From an uncultured Arcobacteraceae bacterium (GTDB lineage: Bacteria; Campylobacterota; Campylobacteria; Campylobacterales; Arcobacteraceae), in NCBI GenBank assembly GCA_964022095.1, contig CAXHZO010000003.1:160001-224000 (forward strand): 64,000 nt of DNA, written 5' to 3'. Below, piece by piece: positions 30,762-38,816 of this stretch. The position numbers and the translations under genes are program-made. Each line of letters opens with the position of its first letter. The first letter of the stretch is position 1. The notes under the pieces are model-generated. The model did not search any database. It was not told the DNA's origin and was given only the letters and a program-made list of their open reading frames with translations.

Positions 30762-31162
30762 ATGAAAAAGAAAAAAACAGTATCATTAGTCTTAGGAAGT
30801 GGAGGAGCTAGAGGTTATGCTCATATTGGAGTTATAAAAGAATTAGAGAAGCAAGGCTATGAAATAAAATCTATTTCAGGTTCATCAATGGGTGCTTTAG
30901 TTGGTGGTTTATATGCAAGTGGGAAACTTCAAGCTTATGAGGATTGGGTTTTGAACTTTGATGCTTTAGATATTTTAAGCTAGTAGATTTTTCATTTTCA
31001 GATGGTGGAATGATAAAGGCAGATAAAGTCTTTGATAAAATCGAAGAGTTTATAGGTGAAGATGTTTTAATAGAAGATTTACCCATTCCTTTCACTGCAA
31101 CAGCAACTGATATTTTAAATAAAAAAGAAGTATGGCTAAAAAAAGGAAGTCTAAAAGATGCA
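30762..31162 (+). pseudogene. Patatin-like phospholipase (RssA/YchK type), frameshifted near 30975 and truncated near 31160
   Basis: LGSGGARG and GSSMG motifs; continues in another frame as LVDF..GGMIKADK..IEDLPIPFTATATD..GSLKDA, then switches to antisense aminotransferase sequence. The DGG motif is absent. Confidence 0.85.
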
Positions 31163-32231
31163 TTTTTAAACTCAATTGCTAACATCATTCCTTTTTGTCT
31201 AACATCTATTACTTGATAATATTTTGCTTCAAGTGAATTTAAAGTTTCTCTTATAATTTCACCTTTTCTTTTTGTCTCTTCATTAAATTCCTCATTTTTG
31301 AAATACTCTAATGCAATTTTTCCAGCAACAAATGAAAATCCTTGTCCTCTAAATGTTCCTGTATGCTGCCCTGGTCCCCATACTTTATCGAACTCAGGTT
31401 TATTTACAAGCATTCCAATTGGTGTTCCAACTCCTCCTAAACCTTTTGCTAAGATAATAATATCTGGGTCAACATCTAAATCATCAAAACTAAAGTAACT
31501 TCCACATCTTCCACAACCACACTGAATACTATCTAGAATAAAAAGTGCTCCTGTGTCATTTGCAAGTTTTTGCACACCTTGAAGCCACTGTTTACTAGCA
31601 GGTCTAACTCCACCTTCTGCTTGTACTGGTTCTACTATAAATGCAGCAGGTGGTAACATACCCGAACCCAAATCAAACATTTTTTGACGTAGGTTTTCAA
31701 GTGCCTCCATATCATTAAATGTATCTCTAATTACATTTGTAAGAGGAACTCCTGAACTACTTCTAAAAGCATTATTAGCAGTACAAGCAAGTGCACCTAA
31801 TGTCATACCATGAAAACCTCTATTAAAAGCAACAACTTCAGTTCTTCCTGTAACTTTTCTTGCAAGTTTTAGAGCTGCTTCAACTGCATTTGTTCCAGTA
31901 GGACCTGTAAATTGTAGTTTTCTATCTTCCCAACCACGTGGCTTTAAAACTGTATCAACAAATGTATTTATAAAATCTCTTTTTACATCAGTGTACATAT
32001 CAAGTGAGTGAATCACACCCTTTTTATAAACTCTATCATTGCATCTTGCATTAAAGGGTTATTATGTCCAAAGTTTAACACTCCAGCCCCACCGAAAAAA
32101 TCTATATAATCTTTATCTTCTTCATCTATCATAACTGCATTTTGAGAAGATTTAAAAACAGTTGGTACTGCTCTACAATAAGCTCTTATTTCTGATTCAT
32201 ATTGTTCAAAAGTTGTTGTTTCGTTTATCAT
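31158..32231 (-). pseudogene. ectB: EctB-type diaminobutyrate-2-oxoglutarate transaminase, frameshifted near 32020 and 3'-truncated near 31160
   Basis: ORFs 32013-32231 and 30871-32016 together give FEQYESEIRAYCR, DFFGGAGVLNFGHNN, GPTGTNAVEAALKLARK, FHGMTLG, VQAEGG, LAKGLGG and GTFRG. After IEFKNA the frame reads antisense patatin. Confidence 0.85.
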
Positions 32232-32264
32232 GTTAAATCCTTATTTTTAAGCATTAAATTATTC

Positions 32265-32280
32265 TTGAGTTTAAACTCAA
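32265..32280. promoter_or_regulatory. Perfect 16-bp palindrome TTGAGTTTAAACTCAA upstream of the ectB-like gene
   Basis: Self-complementary; about 33 bp upstream of the start codon. Confidence 0.45.
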
Positions 32281-32371
32281 TATATAGGGCAAACTGCCAC
32301 CAGTAAAGTAGTAAAATTATGTAAAATTAATGAAGTGTTTTAGGCTGAAAGAATTAAGATTTTATCTTGAA

Positions 32372-32494
32372 TTAGTAAGTTTTTATTTCTTTGATTGGTT
32401 TACATGTGATTTTTATTAATACATAAAGGTTTTCTAGTAACATACAGTAAAAGTGTTTTAACTTAGAGTTATTAAAAAAAGTTACATTAGTCAT
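32372..32494 (-). CDS. Putative 40-aa small ORF or leader peptide
   Basis: AAAAGGAG then TTTGC then ATG; MTNVTFFNNSKLKHFYCMLLENLYVLIKITCKPIKEIKTY*. Confidence 0.3.
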   Translation of the reverse strand: MTNVTFFNNSKLKHFYCMLLENLYVLIKITCKPIKEIKTY

Positions 32495-32596
32495 GCAAAC
32501 TCCTTTTGTATTTATTTTGTAATATAAAAATGCTATCATAAATACAGTATTAAAATCAATTAGTTATTGAGTAAAAAATATACATGATAATTGTAG

Positions 32597-32628
32597 CACA
32601 CTTTTTACATACTTTAGTATATTAGAAT
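32597..32628 (+). promoter_or_regulatory. aspA promoter with direct repeat CACACTTTT-TA-CATACTTTA and -10 TAGAAT
   Basis: 11-bp period; first repeat starts 26 bp before -10, as at 16939. Confidence 0.55.
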
Positions 32629-32656
32629 TCACAAAAAATTAAATTAAAGGCAAATC

Positions 32657-34090
32657 ATGGAAGAATTTTTTAGAATAGAAAAAGACTTTCTTGGTGAAAA
32701 AAAGATAGAAAAAGATGCATATTATGGAATACAATCTTTAAGAGCTAAAGAGAATTTTCATATTACAAAAACTAATTTATCATTATTCCCAAATTTTATA
32801 AAATCACTTGCAAAAGTGAAAAAGTCATGTGCTTTAGCTAATCATGAATTAGGTGATTTAACAGATTTACAAACTGATGCAATTGTTCAAGCATGTAATG
32901 AAATTATTGATGGCAAGTTTCATGATCAATTTATTATTGACCCAATTCAAGGTGGTGCTGGAACTTCTACAAATATGAATACAAATGAAGTAATTGCAAA
33001 TAGAGCTTTAGAAATACTAGGTCATGAACGAAGTACATATGATATTATTCATCCAAATAATCATATAAATATGTCTCAATCAACAAATGACGTTTATCCA
33101 ACGGCAATTAAACTTGCACTATATGAACTAATCTATAAACTAAAAGATAGTTTGAGGTTTTTAAGAGATAGTTTTAGTGAAAAAGCAATTGAGTTTAAAG
33201 ATGTTTTAAAAATGGGAAGAACTCAACTTCAAGATGCTGTTCCTATGACTTTAGGTCAAGAGTTTAAAACTTTTGCAGTTATGGTTGATGAAGATATTTT
33301 TAGATTAAGAGAAGCACAAGCACTTTTAAAAGAAGTAAATCTTGGAGCAACTGCTATTGGTACTGGAATTAATGCGAAAAAAGACTATAGAAAAAAAGCT
33401 ATTAAATATCTAAGAGAAGTAACAGGTGTTGATTATGTTAGTGCAGGGGATTTAATTGAAGCTACTCAAGATACTGGAATATTTGTACATATTTCAGGAA
33501 TCTTAAAAAGAGTTGCGATTAAAGTATCAAAAATCTGTAATGACTTAAGATTATTAAGTTCAGGTCCAAGAGCAGGATTCAATGAAATTAATCTTCCAAA
33601 GATGCAACCAGGAAGTTCAATTATGCCAGGTAAAGTAAATCCAGTAATTCCAGAAGTTGTAAATCAAGTTGCATATGATGTTATTGGTGCAGATGCTACA
33701 ATCTCAATTGCAAGTGAAGGAGGGCAATTACAGTTAAATGTATTTGAGCCACTTATTGCATATAAACTATTTAACTCAATTAATATGATGAGAAGAGCAT
33801 TTCATACACTTGCTACAAGATGTGTTAAGGGAATTACAGCTAATGAAGAAGTTTGTATGAACAATATTTTAAACTCTGTTACATTAGTAACTTGTTTAAA
33901 TCCAATTTTAGGATATGAAAAAAGTTCAGCTTTAGCAAAAGAAGCCCTGGCAACTAATAAAAGAGTATATGATATTATTTTAGAGCAAGAACTATTTACA
34001 AAAGAAGAGTTGGATGAACTTTTACATCCAAAAAATATGGTAAACAATTATGATAATGATGAGGTAAATGATGAAGATGACTGTGATTAA
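32657..34090 (+). CDS. aspA: Aspartate ammonia-lyase
   Basis: QGGAGTSTNMN, SQSTNDVYPT, KMGRTQLQDAVP and GSSIMPGKVNP motifs. Confidence 0.96.
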   Translation: MEEFFRIEKDFLGEKKIEKDAYYGIQSLRAKENFHITKTNLSLFPNFIKSLAKVKKSCALANHELGDLTDLQTDAIVQACNEIIDGKFHDQFIIDPIQGGAGTSTNMNTNEVIANRALEILGHERSTYDIIHPNNHINMSQSTNDVYPTAIKLALYELIYKLKDSLRFLRDSFSEKAIEFKDVLKMGRTQLQDAVPMTLGQEFKTFAVMVDEDIFRLREAQALLKEVNLGATAIGTGINAKKDYRKKAIKYLREVTGVDYVSAGDLIEATQDTGIFVHISGILKRVAIKVSKICNDLRLLSSGPRAGFNEINLPKMQPGSSIMPGKVNPVIPEVVNQVAYDVIGADATISIASEGGQLQLNVFEPLIAYKLFNSINMMRRAFHTLATRCVKGITANEEVCMNNILNSVTLVTCLNPILGYEKSSALAKEALATNKRVYDIILEQELFTKEELDELLHPKNMVNNYDNDEVNDEDDCD

Positions 34091-34565
34091 TACGGGTGGA
34101 ACTTTTAATAAGAGATATAACCCAATAAAAGGCCAACTTGAAGTTCCAAGTGACAATTTATCATTAGATAATATTTTAAAAAATTGTCACAATGTAGACT
34201 TTGAAATAAAAAATATAATTTCTAAAGATAGTTTAGATATGACAGATGTTGATAGAGAAAAAATTTGTACAGAAATTAGAAATAGTAAAAGTGATAAAAT
34301 TATCATTATTCATGGAACTGATACTATTCATCTAACTAGTGCGCTAATTAGAAAAAAATTTATAGATAAGCAGATTGTATTTACAGGGGCTATGATTCCA
34401 ATGAGTATTGATGAGGTTGAAGCTACTATGAATTTCTCTTTAGCATTAGGTTTTTTAAATAGTGAAGTTAAAAATGGAACTTATATAGCTATGCATGGTG
34501 TTGTAGTTGATAGTTCTAAATTAGTTAAAAATAGACAGTTAGGTCAGTTTTTAATTGAAGAGTAA
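34068..34565 (+). CDS. Short asparaginase-domain protein
   Basis: NTGGTF, KDSLDM, HGTDT and TGAMIP motifs; N-terminal domain only. Confidence 0.85.
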   Translation: MMKMTVINTGGTFNKRYNPIKGQLEVPSDNLSLDNILKNCHNVDFEIKNIISKDSLDMTDVDREKICTEIRNSKSDKIIIIHGTDTIHLTSALIRKKFIDKQIVFTGAMIPMSIDEVEATMNFSLALGFLNSEVKNGTYIAMHGVVVDSSKLVKNRQLGQFLIEE

Positions 34566-34567
34566 AA

Positions 34568-34594
34568 TAAAGTAAGAGTTTTCCTCTTACTTTA
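34568..34594. terminator. Bidirectional terminator between convergent genes
   Basis: TAAAGTAAGAG-TTTTC-CTCTTACTTTA. Confidence 0.7.
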
Positions 34595-34597
34595 ATA

Positions 34598-35107
34598 TTA
34601 TTTTGCAGTAGGATCTACAAAAGTTCTACCTGATAACTCTTTATCTATAGTATATAATCCATACCCATTATCTCCCACAAGCTTAATGTGATCAATAATA
34701 GCTTTCACAGTTGCTTCTTCTTCAACTTGTTCTGTAACATACCATTGTAATAAATTATAAGTAGCATGATCTTTATCTTTCATTGCTAAATCACTTAGTT
34801 CATTTAAGTTTTTAGTCATTTTTTGTTCATGTGCAAGTGACTTTTTAAATACATCTAAAAATGATTTATACTCAACTTTAACACCATCAATTGTAGGAAG
34901 TTGAATCTCTACATCTTGGTCTTCTAGGTATTGAAATAGTTTCATCCCATGTGCAACTTCTTCTTGATATTGAATTAAAAACCAGCTAGCTGCGCCATTA
35001 AACCCTTCTTTTGAACAGTATGCACTCATCCCTAAATATATATATGCAGAATGGTACTCTTTGTTTAGTTGTTCTATTAATGCTTGTTGTAATTCTTTAC
35101 TAATCAT
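34598..35107 (-). CDS. ftnA: Non-haem ferritin
   Basis: QLNKEYHSAYIY, QEEVAH, HEQ and LQWYVTEQVEEE ferroxidase motifs. Confidence 0.93.
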   Translation of the reverse strand: MISKELQQALIEQLNKEYHSAYIYLGMSAYCSKEGFNGAASWFLIQYQEEVAHGMKLFQYLEDQDVEIQLPTIDGVKVEYKSFLDVFKKSLAHEQKMTKNLNELSDLAMKDKDHATYNLLQWYVTEQVEEEATVKAIIDHIKLVGDNGYGLYTIDKELSGRTFVDPTAK

Positions 35108-35157
35108 AAAAACTCCTTTTTCTTTTAGTGTAACAAAATAACTTAATTGAAACTTTA

Positions 35158-35176
35158 AATGAGACTAATTATTAAT
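35158..35176. promoter_or_regulatory. Possible Fur/PerR-like box upstream of ferritin
   Basis: AATGAGACTAATTATTAAT loosely resembles AATGATAATNATTATCATT; the AT-rich background weakens this. Confidence 0.35.
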
Positions 35177-35266
35177 TAACTAAATTTTTTAAATGATTTA
35201 TTTAAAAGTAACATAACAATATTTTAGGTAAAATGCCCAAAAATTAAATAAATTAGGAATATAATT

Positions 35267-36187
35267 ATGGCAATTTATACATGTGGACATACAACTCCTG
35301 ATTCAGATTCAATCTGTTCAGCGATTTCATTAGGATATCTTTTAAATAAAATTGGAAGAGAAGCAATTCCTGCTAGACAAGGGCCAGTTTCTCCAGAAAC
35401 TCAATTTATTTTAGATAGATTTGGTTTTGATGCACCTGAACTTAAAACTGAGTTTGCAGGATGTGAACTATTTATTACTGATTATTCTGATAGAGGTCAA
35501 GCTCCAAAAGATATTGATGAAGCAACAGTAGTTGGTATTGTTGATCATCATAAATTAGGAGATATTGAAACTTCAACTCCTTTAGAGTGTTGGATTAGAC
35601 CAGTTGGTTGTACAAATACAATTGTAAAAGAGATGTATGATTATCATAAAGTAGAAATTCCTGCAAATATTGCTGGTGTTATGTTATGTGCTATTTTATC
35701 AGATACTGTAATTTTCAAATCACCAACTTGTACTCCAAAAGATATTGAAGTAGTTAGAGAACTTGCTCAGATTGCAGGTGTAGAAGATTTTGGTGAACTT
35801 GGAATGGAAATGTTCAAAGTTAAATCAGCAGTTGAGGGAGTTCCTGTAAGAGAGCTTATCTTAAGAGATTACAAACCATTTGATATGCATGGAAATGCAG
35901 TTGGTATTGGACAATTAGAAGTTATTGATTTAGCTATTTTTGATGATATAAAAGCTGAATTACAAGCTGACTTAGATGCCCTAAGAGAAGAAAATGGTTT
36001 ACATACAGCTTGTTTAATTTTAACAGATATAATGAAAGAAGGATCTGAAGTATTAGTTTCTTCAAGTGATACTTCGATTTTTGAAAAAGCATTTGACGTA
36101 AAACTTGAAAATGGAAAAGTTTGGTTAGATGGTTGTTTATCAAGAAAAAAACAAATCATTCCTTTTTTACAACCTGCATTTGCATAA
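35267..36187 (+). CDS. ppaC: Manganese-dependent inorganic pyrophosphatase (family II)
   Basis: GHTTPDSDS, VDHH, AILSDT and SRKKQIIP motifs. Confidence 0.95.
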   Translation: MAIYTCGHTTPDSDSICSAISLGYLLNKIGREAIPARQGPVSPETQFILDRFGFDAPELKTEFAGCELFITDYSDRGQAPKDIDEATVVGIVDHHKLGDIETSTPLECWIRPVGCTNTIVKEMYDYHKVEIPANIAGVMLCAILSDTVIFKSPTCTPKDIEVVRELAQIAGVEDFGELGMEMFKVKSAVEGVPVRELILRDYKPFDMHGNAVGIGQLEVIDLAIFDDIKAELQADLDALREENGLHTACLILTDIMKEGSEVLVSSSDTSIFEKAFDVKLENGKVWLDGCLSRKKQIIPFLQPAFA

Positions 36188-36196
36188 ATTTAATAT

Positions 36197-36229
36197 TCAA
36201 ACTAGCAAGTTTACTCTTGGCTAGTTTGA
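36197..36229. terminator. Hairpin between convergent genes
   Basis: TCAAACTAGC...GCTAGTTTGA, 10-bp stem. Confidence 0.5.
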
Positions 36230-37597
36230 GTTTTCTTTATACTCTTCAACTTCTTTAACAGCTGCAACTGCTGCTGGAAGTAGTGCTTCACTTAATGCTG
36301 GATGAATATATAGCATCTCTTTTAATTGTCTTACATCATTTTTAATATGCATTACAGTTAATACTTGATGCATCATAGTAGAACTCTCAGGACCTATCAT
36401 ATGACATCCTAATATTTCATAGTTTTTTGGGTTTATAATAAATTTTGTGACTGGATAATCAAGTCTTGTTGACATTGCTTTTGCACTTGCAAGCCAGTTT
36501 GTTGTACTTGAAATATACTCTATATTTTCATCTTTTGCTTTTTGTTCGGTTATTCCAACACTTGATATTTCTGGTTCTGTAAAAACAGCATGTGGCATAT
36601 ATTTAAAATGTAAAGGATCTTTACAGTCTTCTAGTAGAATTTTACCAAGATGATTGATTTCATAAGCTGCTGCATGTTGTAACATGTGTTTTCCTGATGC
36701 ATCACCTACTACATAAACCCCTTTTGCATTGGTTTGAAAAAACTCATCTCTTATGATAAATCCTCTTTCATCAATTTCCATAGAAGTATTTTCAAGTTTT
36801 AAAGTATCAGTATTTGACTCTCTTCCTGTTGCATAAAGTAGTGCTTGACTTTGATGCTCTTTTGTTGTCCCATCCTTATTTTCAAGGATTAGATTAAATT
36901 GATTATTCTCATAGTTAATAGTTTTAATACTTGTATTAAATTCTATATCTACTTTTTTACTAAATTCCTCTTTGAAGATTGTTGATATTTCTTCATCTTC
37001 ATTACTTAGAATTCTTTGACTTCTAACAAGTAGTTTGGTTTCTATTCCAATAGCTGAAAAGAAACTTGAAAGTTCACAAGCAATAAATCCTGAGCCTACA
37101 ATAGTAATGGATTTTGGGATATCACCTTCTAATGGAAATATATCATCACTAGTCCATGCTTTTTCATGTGGTGCTTTAATAGGTCTTGTTCCTGTTGCAA
37201 TTACAATTTTTGGTGCGGTTAATTGTTGATTGTTTACTTCAATTACATTATTAGAAATAAAAGAGCCTACACCTTTGTAAACTTTTACATTTTCATTAAA
37301 TCTACTTTCATATTTTGAATCGATTTGGGAAATATAACTATTTGTTTCTTCAAATATTTTTTCTATATCAATGTTATTTATTGTTGAGTCTATAAAATGC
37401 TTATGTGATTCTTTTATAGCATTTGCAACATGTGCATAGCCTAATAGTAATTTTGAAGGTACGCAACCTCGATTTGGGCAAGTTCCACCTAAAGCAGATT
37501 TTTCAATAATAGCAACTTTTTTGCCAGCTTTTCCTACACTTACTGCAAGATTACTAGCCCTTCCTGCTCCAATAATTATTAAGTCAAATTCTTCCAT
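36221..37597 (-). CDS. Pyridine nucleotide-disulfide oxidoreductase (dihydrolipoyl dehydrogenase / mycothione reductase-like)
   Basis: GGTCPNRGCVPSK redox disulfide, GSGFIACE and HPALSE motifs. Confidence 0.88.
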   Translation of the reverse strand: MEEFDLIIIGAGRASNLAVSVGKAGKKVAIIEKSALGGTCPNRGCVPSKLLLGYAHVANAIKESHKHFIDSTINNIDIEKIFEETNSYISQIDSKYESRFNENVKVYKGVGSFISNNVIEVNNQQLTAPKIVIATGTRPIKAPHEKAWTSDDIFPLEGDIPKSITIVGSGFIACELSSFFSAIGIETKLLVRSQRILSNEDEEISTIFKEEFSKKVDIEFNTSIKTINYENNQFNLILENKDGTTKEHQSQALLYATGRESNTDTLKLENTSMEIDERGFIIRDEFFQTNAKGVYVVGDASGKHMLQHAAAYEINHLGKILLEDCKDPLHFKYMPHAVFTEPEISSVGITEQKAKDENIEYISSTTNWLASAKAMSTRLDYPVTKFIINPKNYEILGCHMIGPESSTMMHQVLTVMHIKNDVRQLKEMLYIHPALSEALLPAAVAAVKEVEEYKENSN

Positions 37598-37617
37598 TAT
37601 AGAACCTTTTTATTCTT

Positions 37618-38679
37618 TTATTTATAAGTTATCTTTCCTTGACTTGCTAATAGTGCTCCACAAAGTTGGTATAAAACACGTGAGCCAACATTTGCGTCCC
37701 ATCCATCAAGACTATCTCCAACTTCACAAAGGTCAAACCCTATGATATTTCTTCCCGATTTTACAATCATAAATACTAGGTGTTCTAACTCACTATATCT
37801 TAATCCACCAGGAACAGGTGTTCCTGTATTTGGACAGTTTAGTGGTTCTAATCCATCAATATCTATTGATAAGTAAACATTTTGAGGTAATTGCTGGATA
37901 TATGGTTTATAAACTTCTTCTAAAGATTTACCACTTGCTAATTGTGCTTGCATATCAGTATCGTATAAACATGCACCTTTTGCACCATACTCTTTCATTC
38001 TATTAGCTTCTTCACTACTATAATCTCTAATTCCAAATTGAACTAAATTTGAAATTTTGTCACACTCATTCATAACATTATAAAAGATTGAAGCATGAGA
38101 ATAAGTAAAACCTTCATAGGCTTTTCTTAGGTCATGATGAGCATCTACATGTAAGATTCCAAAAGGTTGTTCTTGTGTATCATTTAAAGCTTTGATAAGT
38201 CCAAGAGGTGAAGAGTGATCTCCTCCTACTACTGCTACAAATTTACCTTTTTTTAATTGTTTCATAGATTTTTCATAAACAGAATTGTTTAAAGTTACTG
38301 ATGCTTCATTTACAAACTTTAAAGCTTTTTTATTTGTAGTTCCCTTTTCAAGTGCTTCGATTACTTTAAGAGCTTTTTTTCTAGCTTTATTGCTTAGTTT
38401 TAATAAGCTTTTATCAGTTTCAAGCATTGCAATACCTGCAACATAAGGTTTTATATAATGAAAAGTTTCCACATCAAGTTGGTGACTTGAAATTCTTATG
38501 GCATCAGGAGCATTTGCCGTTCCTTGACCAAATGAAACAGTAGCTTCCCAAGGAACAGGAATTAAAACTAAACTAGCTTCTTTGGAATCTAACTTCCCAC
38601 CAATAAATCCATCACCTTCTTGAGGAGGAAGTCCCTGTTCTAATACTTTTATTTCTTCTTTTAAACTTCTATAAGACAT
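37618..38679 (-). CDS. Agmatinase/ureohydrolase family protein
   Basis: GGDHS, DAHHDLR, SHAS, SIDIDGL, TGTPVPGG and FDLCEV motifs. Confidence 0.9.
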   Translation of the reverse strand: MSYRSLKEEIKVLEQGLPPQEGDGFIGGKLDSKEASLVLIPVPWEATVSFGQGTANAPDAIRISSHQLDVETFHYIKPYVAGIAMLETDKSLLKLSNKARKKALKVIEALEKGTTNKKALKFVNEASVTLNNSVYEKSMKQLKKGKFVAVVGGDHSSPLGLIKALNDTQEQPFGILHVDAHHDLRKAYEGFTYSHASIFYNVMNECDKISNLVQFGIRDYSSEEANRMKEYGAKGACLYDTDMQAQLASGKSLEEVYKPYIQQLPQNVYLSIDIDGLEPLNCPNTGTPVPGGLRYSELEHLVFMIVKSGRNIIGFDLCEVGDSLDGWDANVGSRVLYQLCGALLASQGKITYK

Positions 38680-38816
38680 TTAATTTCCTATTGAATAATA
38701 TATTGGAATTATAGGATAAATTAGGAAATAGTAATGTTAATTTTGTAAATTATAAGTCTCTTATTTATTCAAATTTACAAATGCTTTAGTTAAAATAAAT
38801 AAAAGTCAGGATAATA

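Noticed and set aside
21900-31170. Transposon, integron or prophage as the source of the inserted block
   Set aside because: No transposase, integrase, att/attC site, terminal inverted repeat or target duplication was seen.
31010-31216. 68-aa ORF as an independent gene
   Set aside because: It is the frameshifted patatin continuation running into antisense ectB.
30871-32016. 381-aa ORF as an intact EctB
   Set aside because: Its N-terminus is in another frame and its last ~95 aa are antisense patatin sequence.
32285-32306. Sigma-54 promoter on the minus strand (CTGGTGGCAGTTTGC)
   Set aside because: GG-to-GC spacing is 9 nt rather than the required 10.
37618-38679. Ureohydrolase as a guanidine hydrolase tied to the riboswitch
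   Set aside because: It is 25 kb away, has no riboswitch of its own and shows ordinary agmatinase-type metal motifs.
38742-38781. Inverted repeat TTTGTAAATT...AATTTACAAA
   Set aside because: Almost all A/T with a 20-nt spacer; explicable by chance or by divergent promoter elements.
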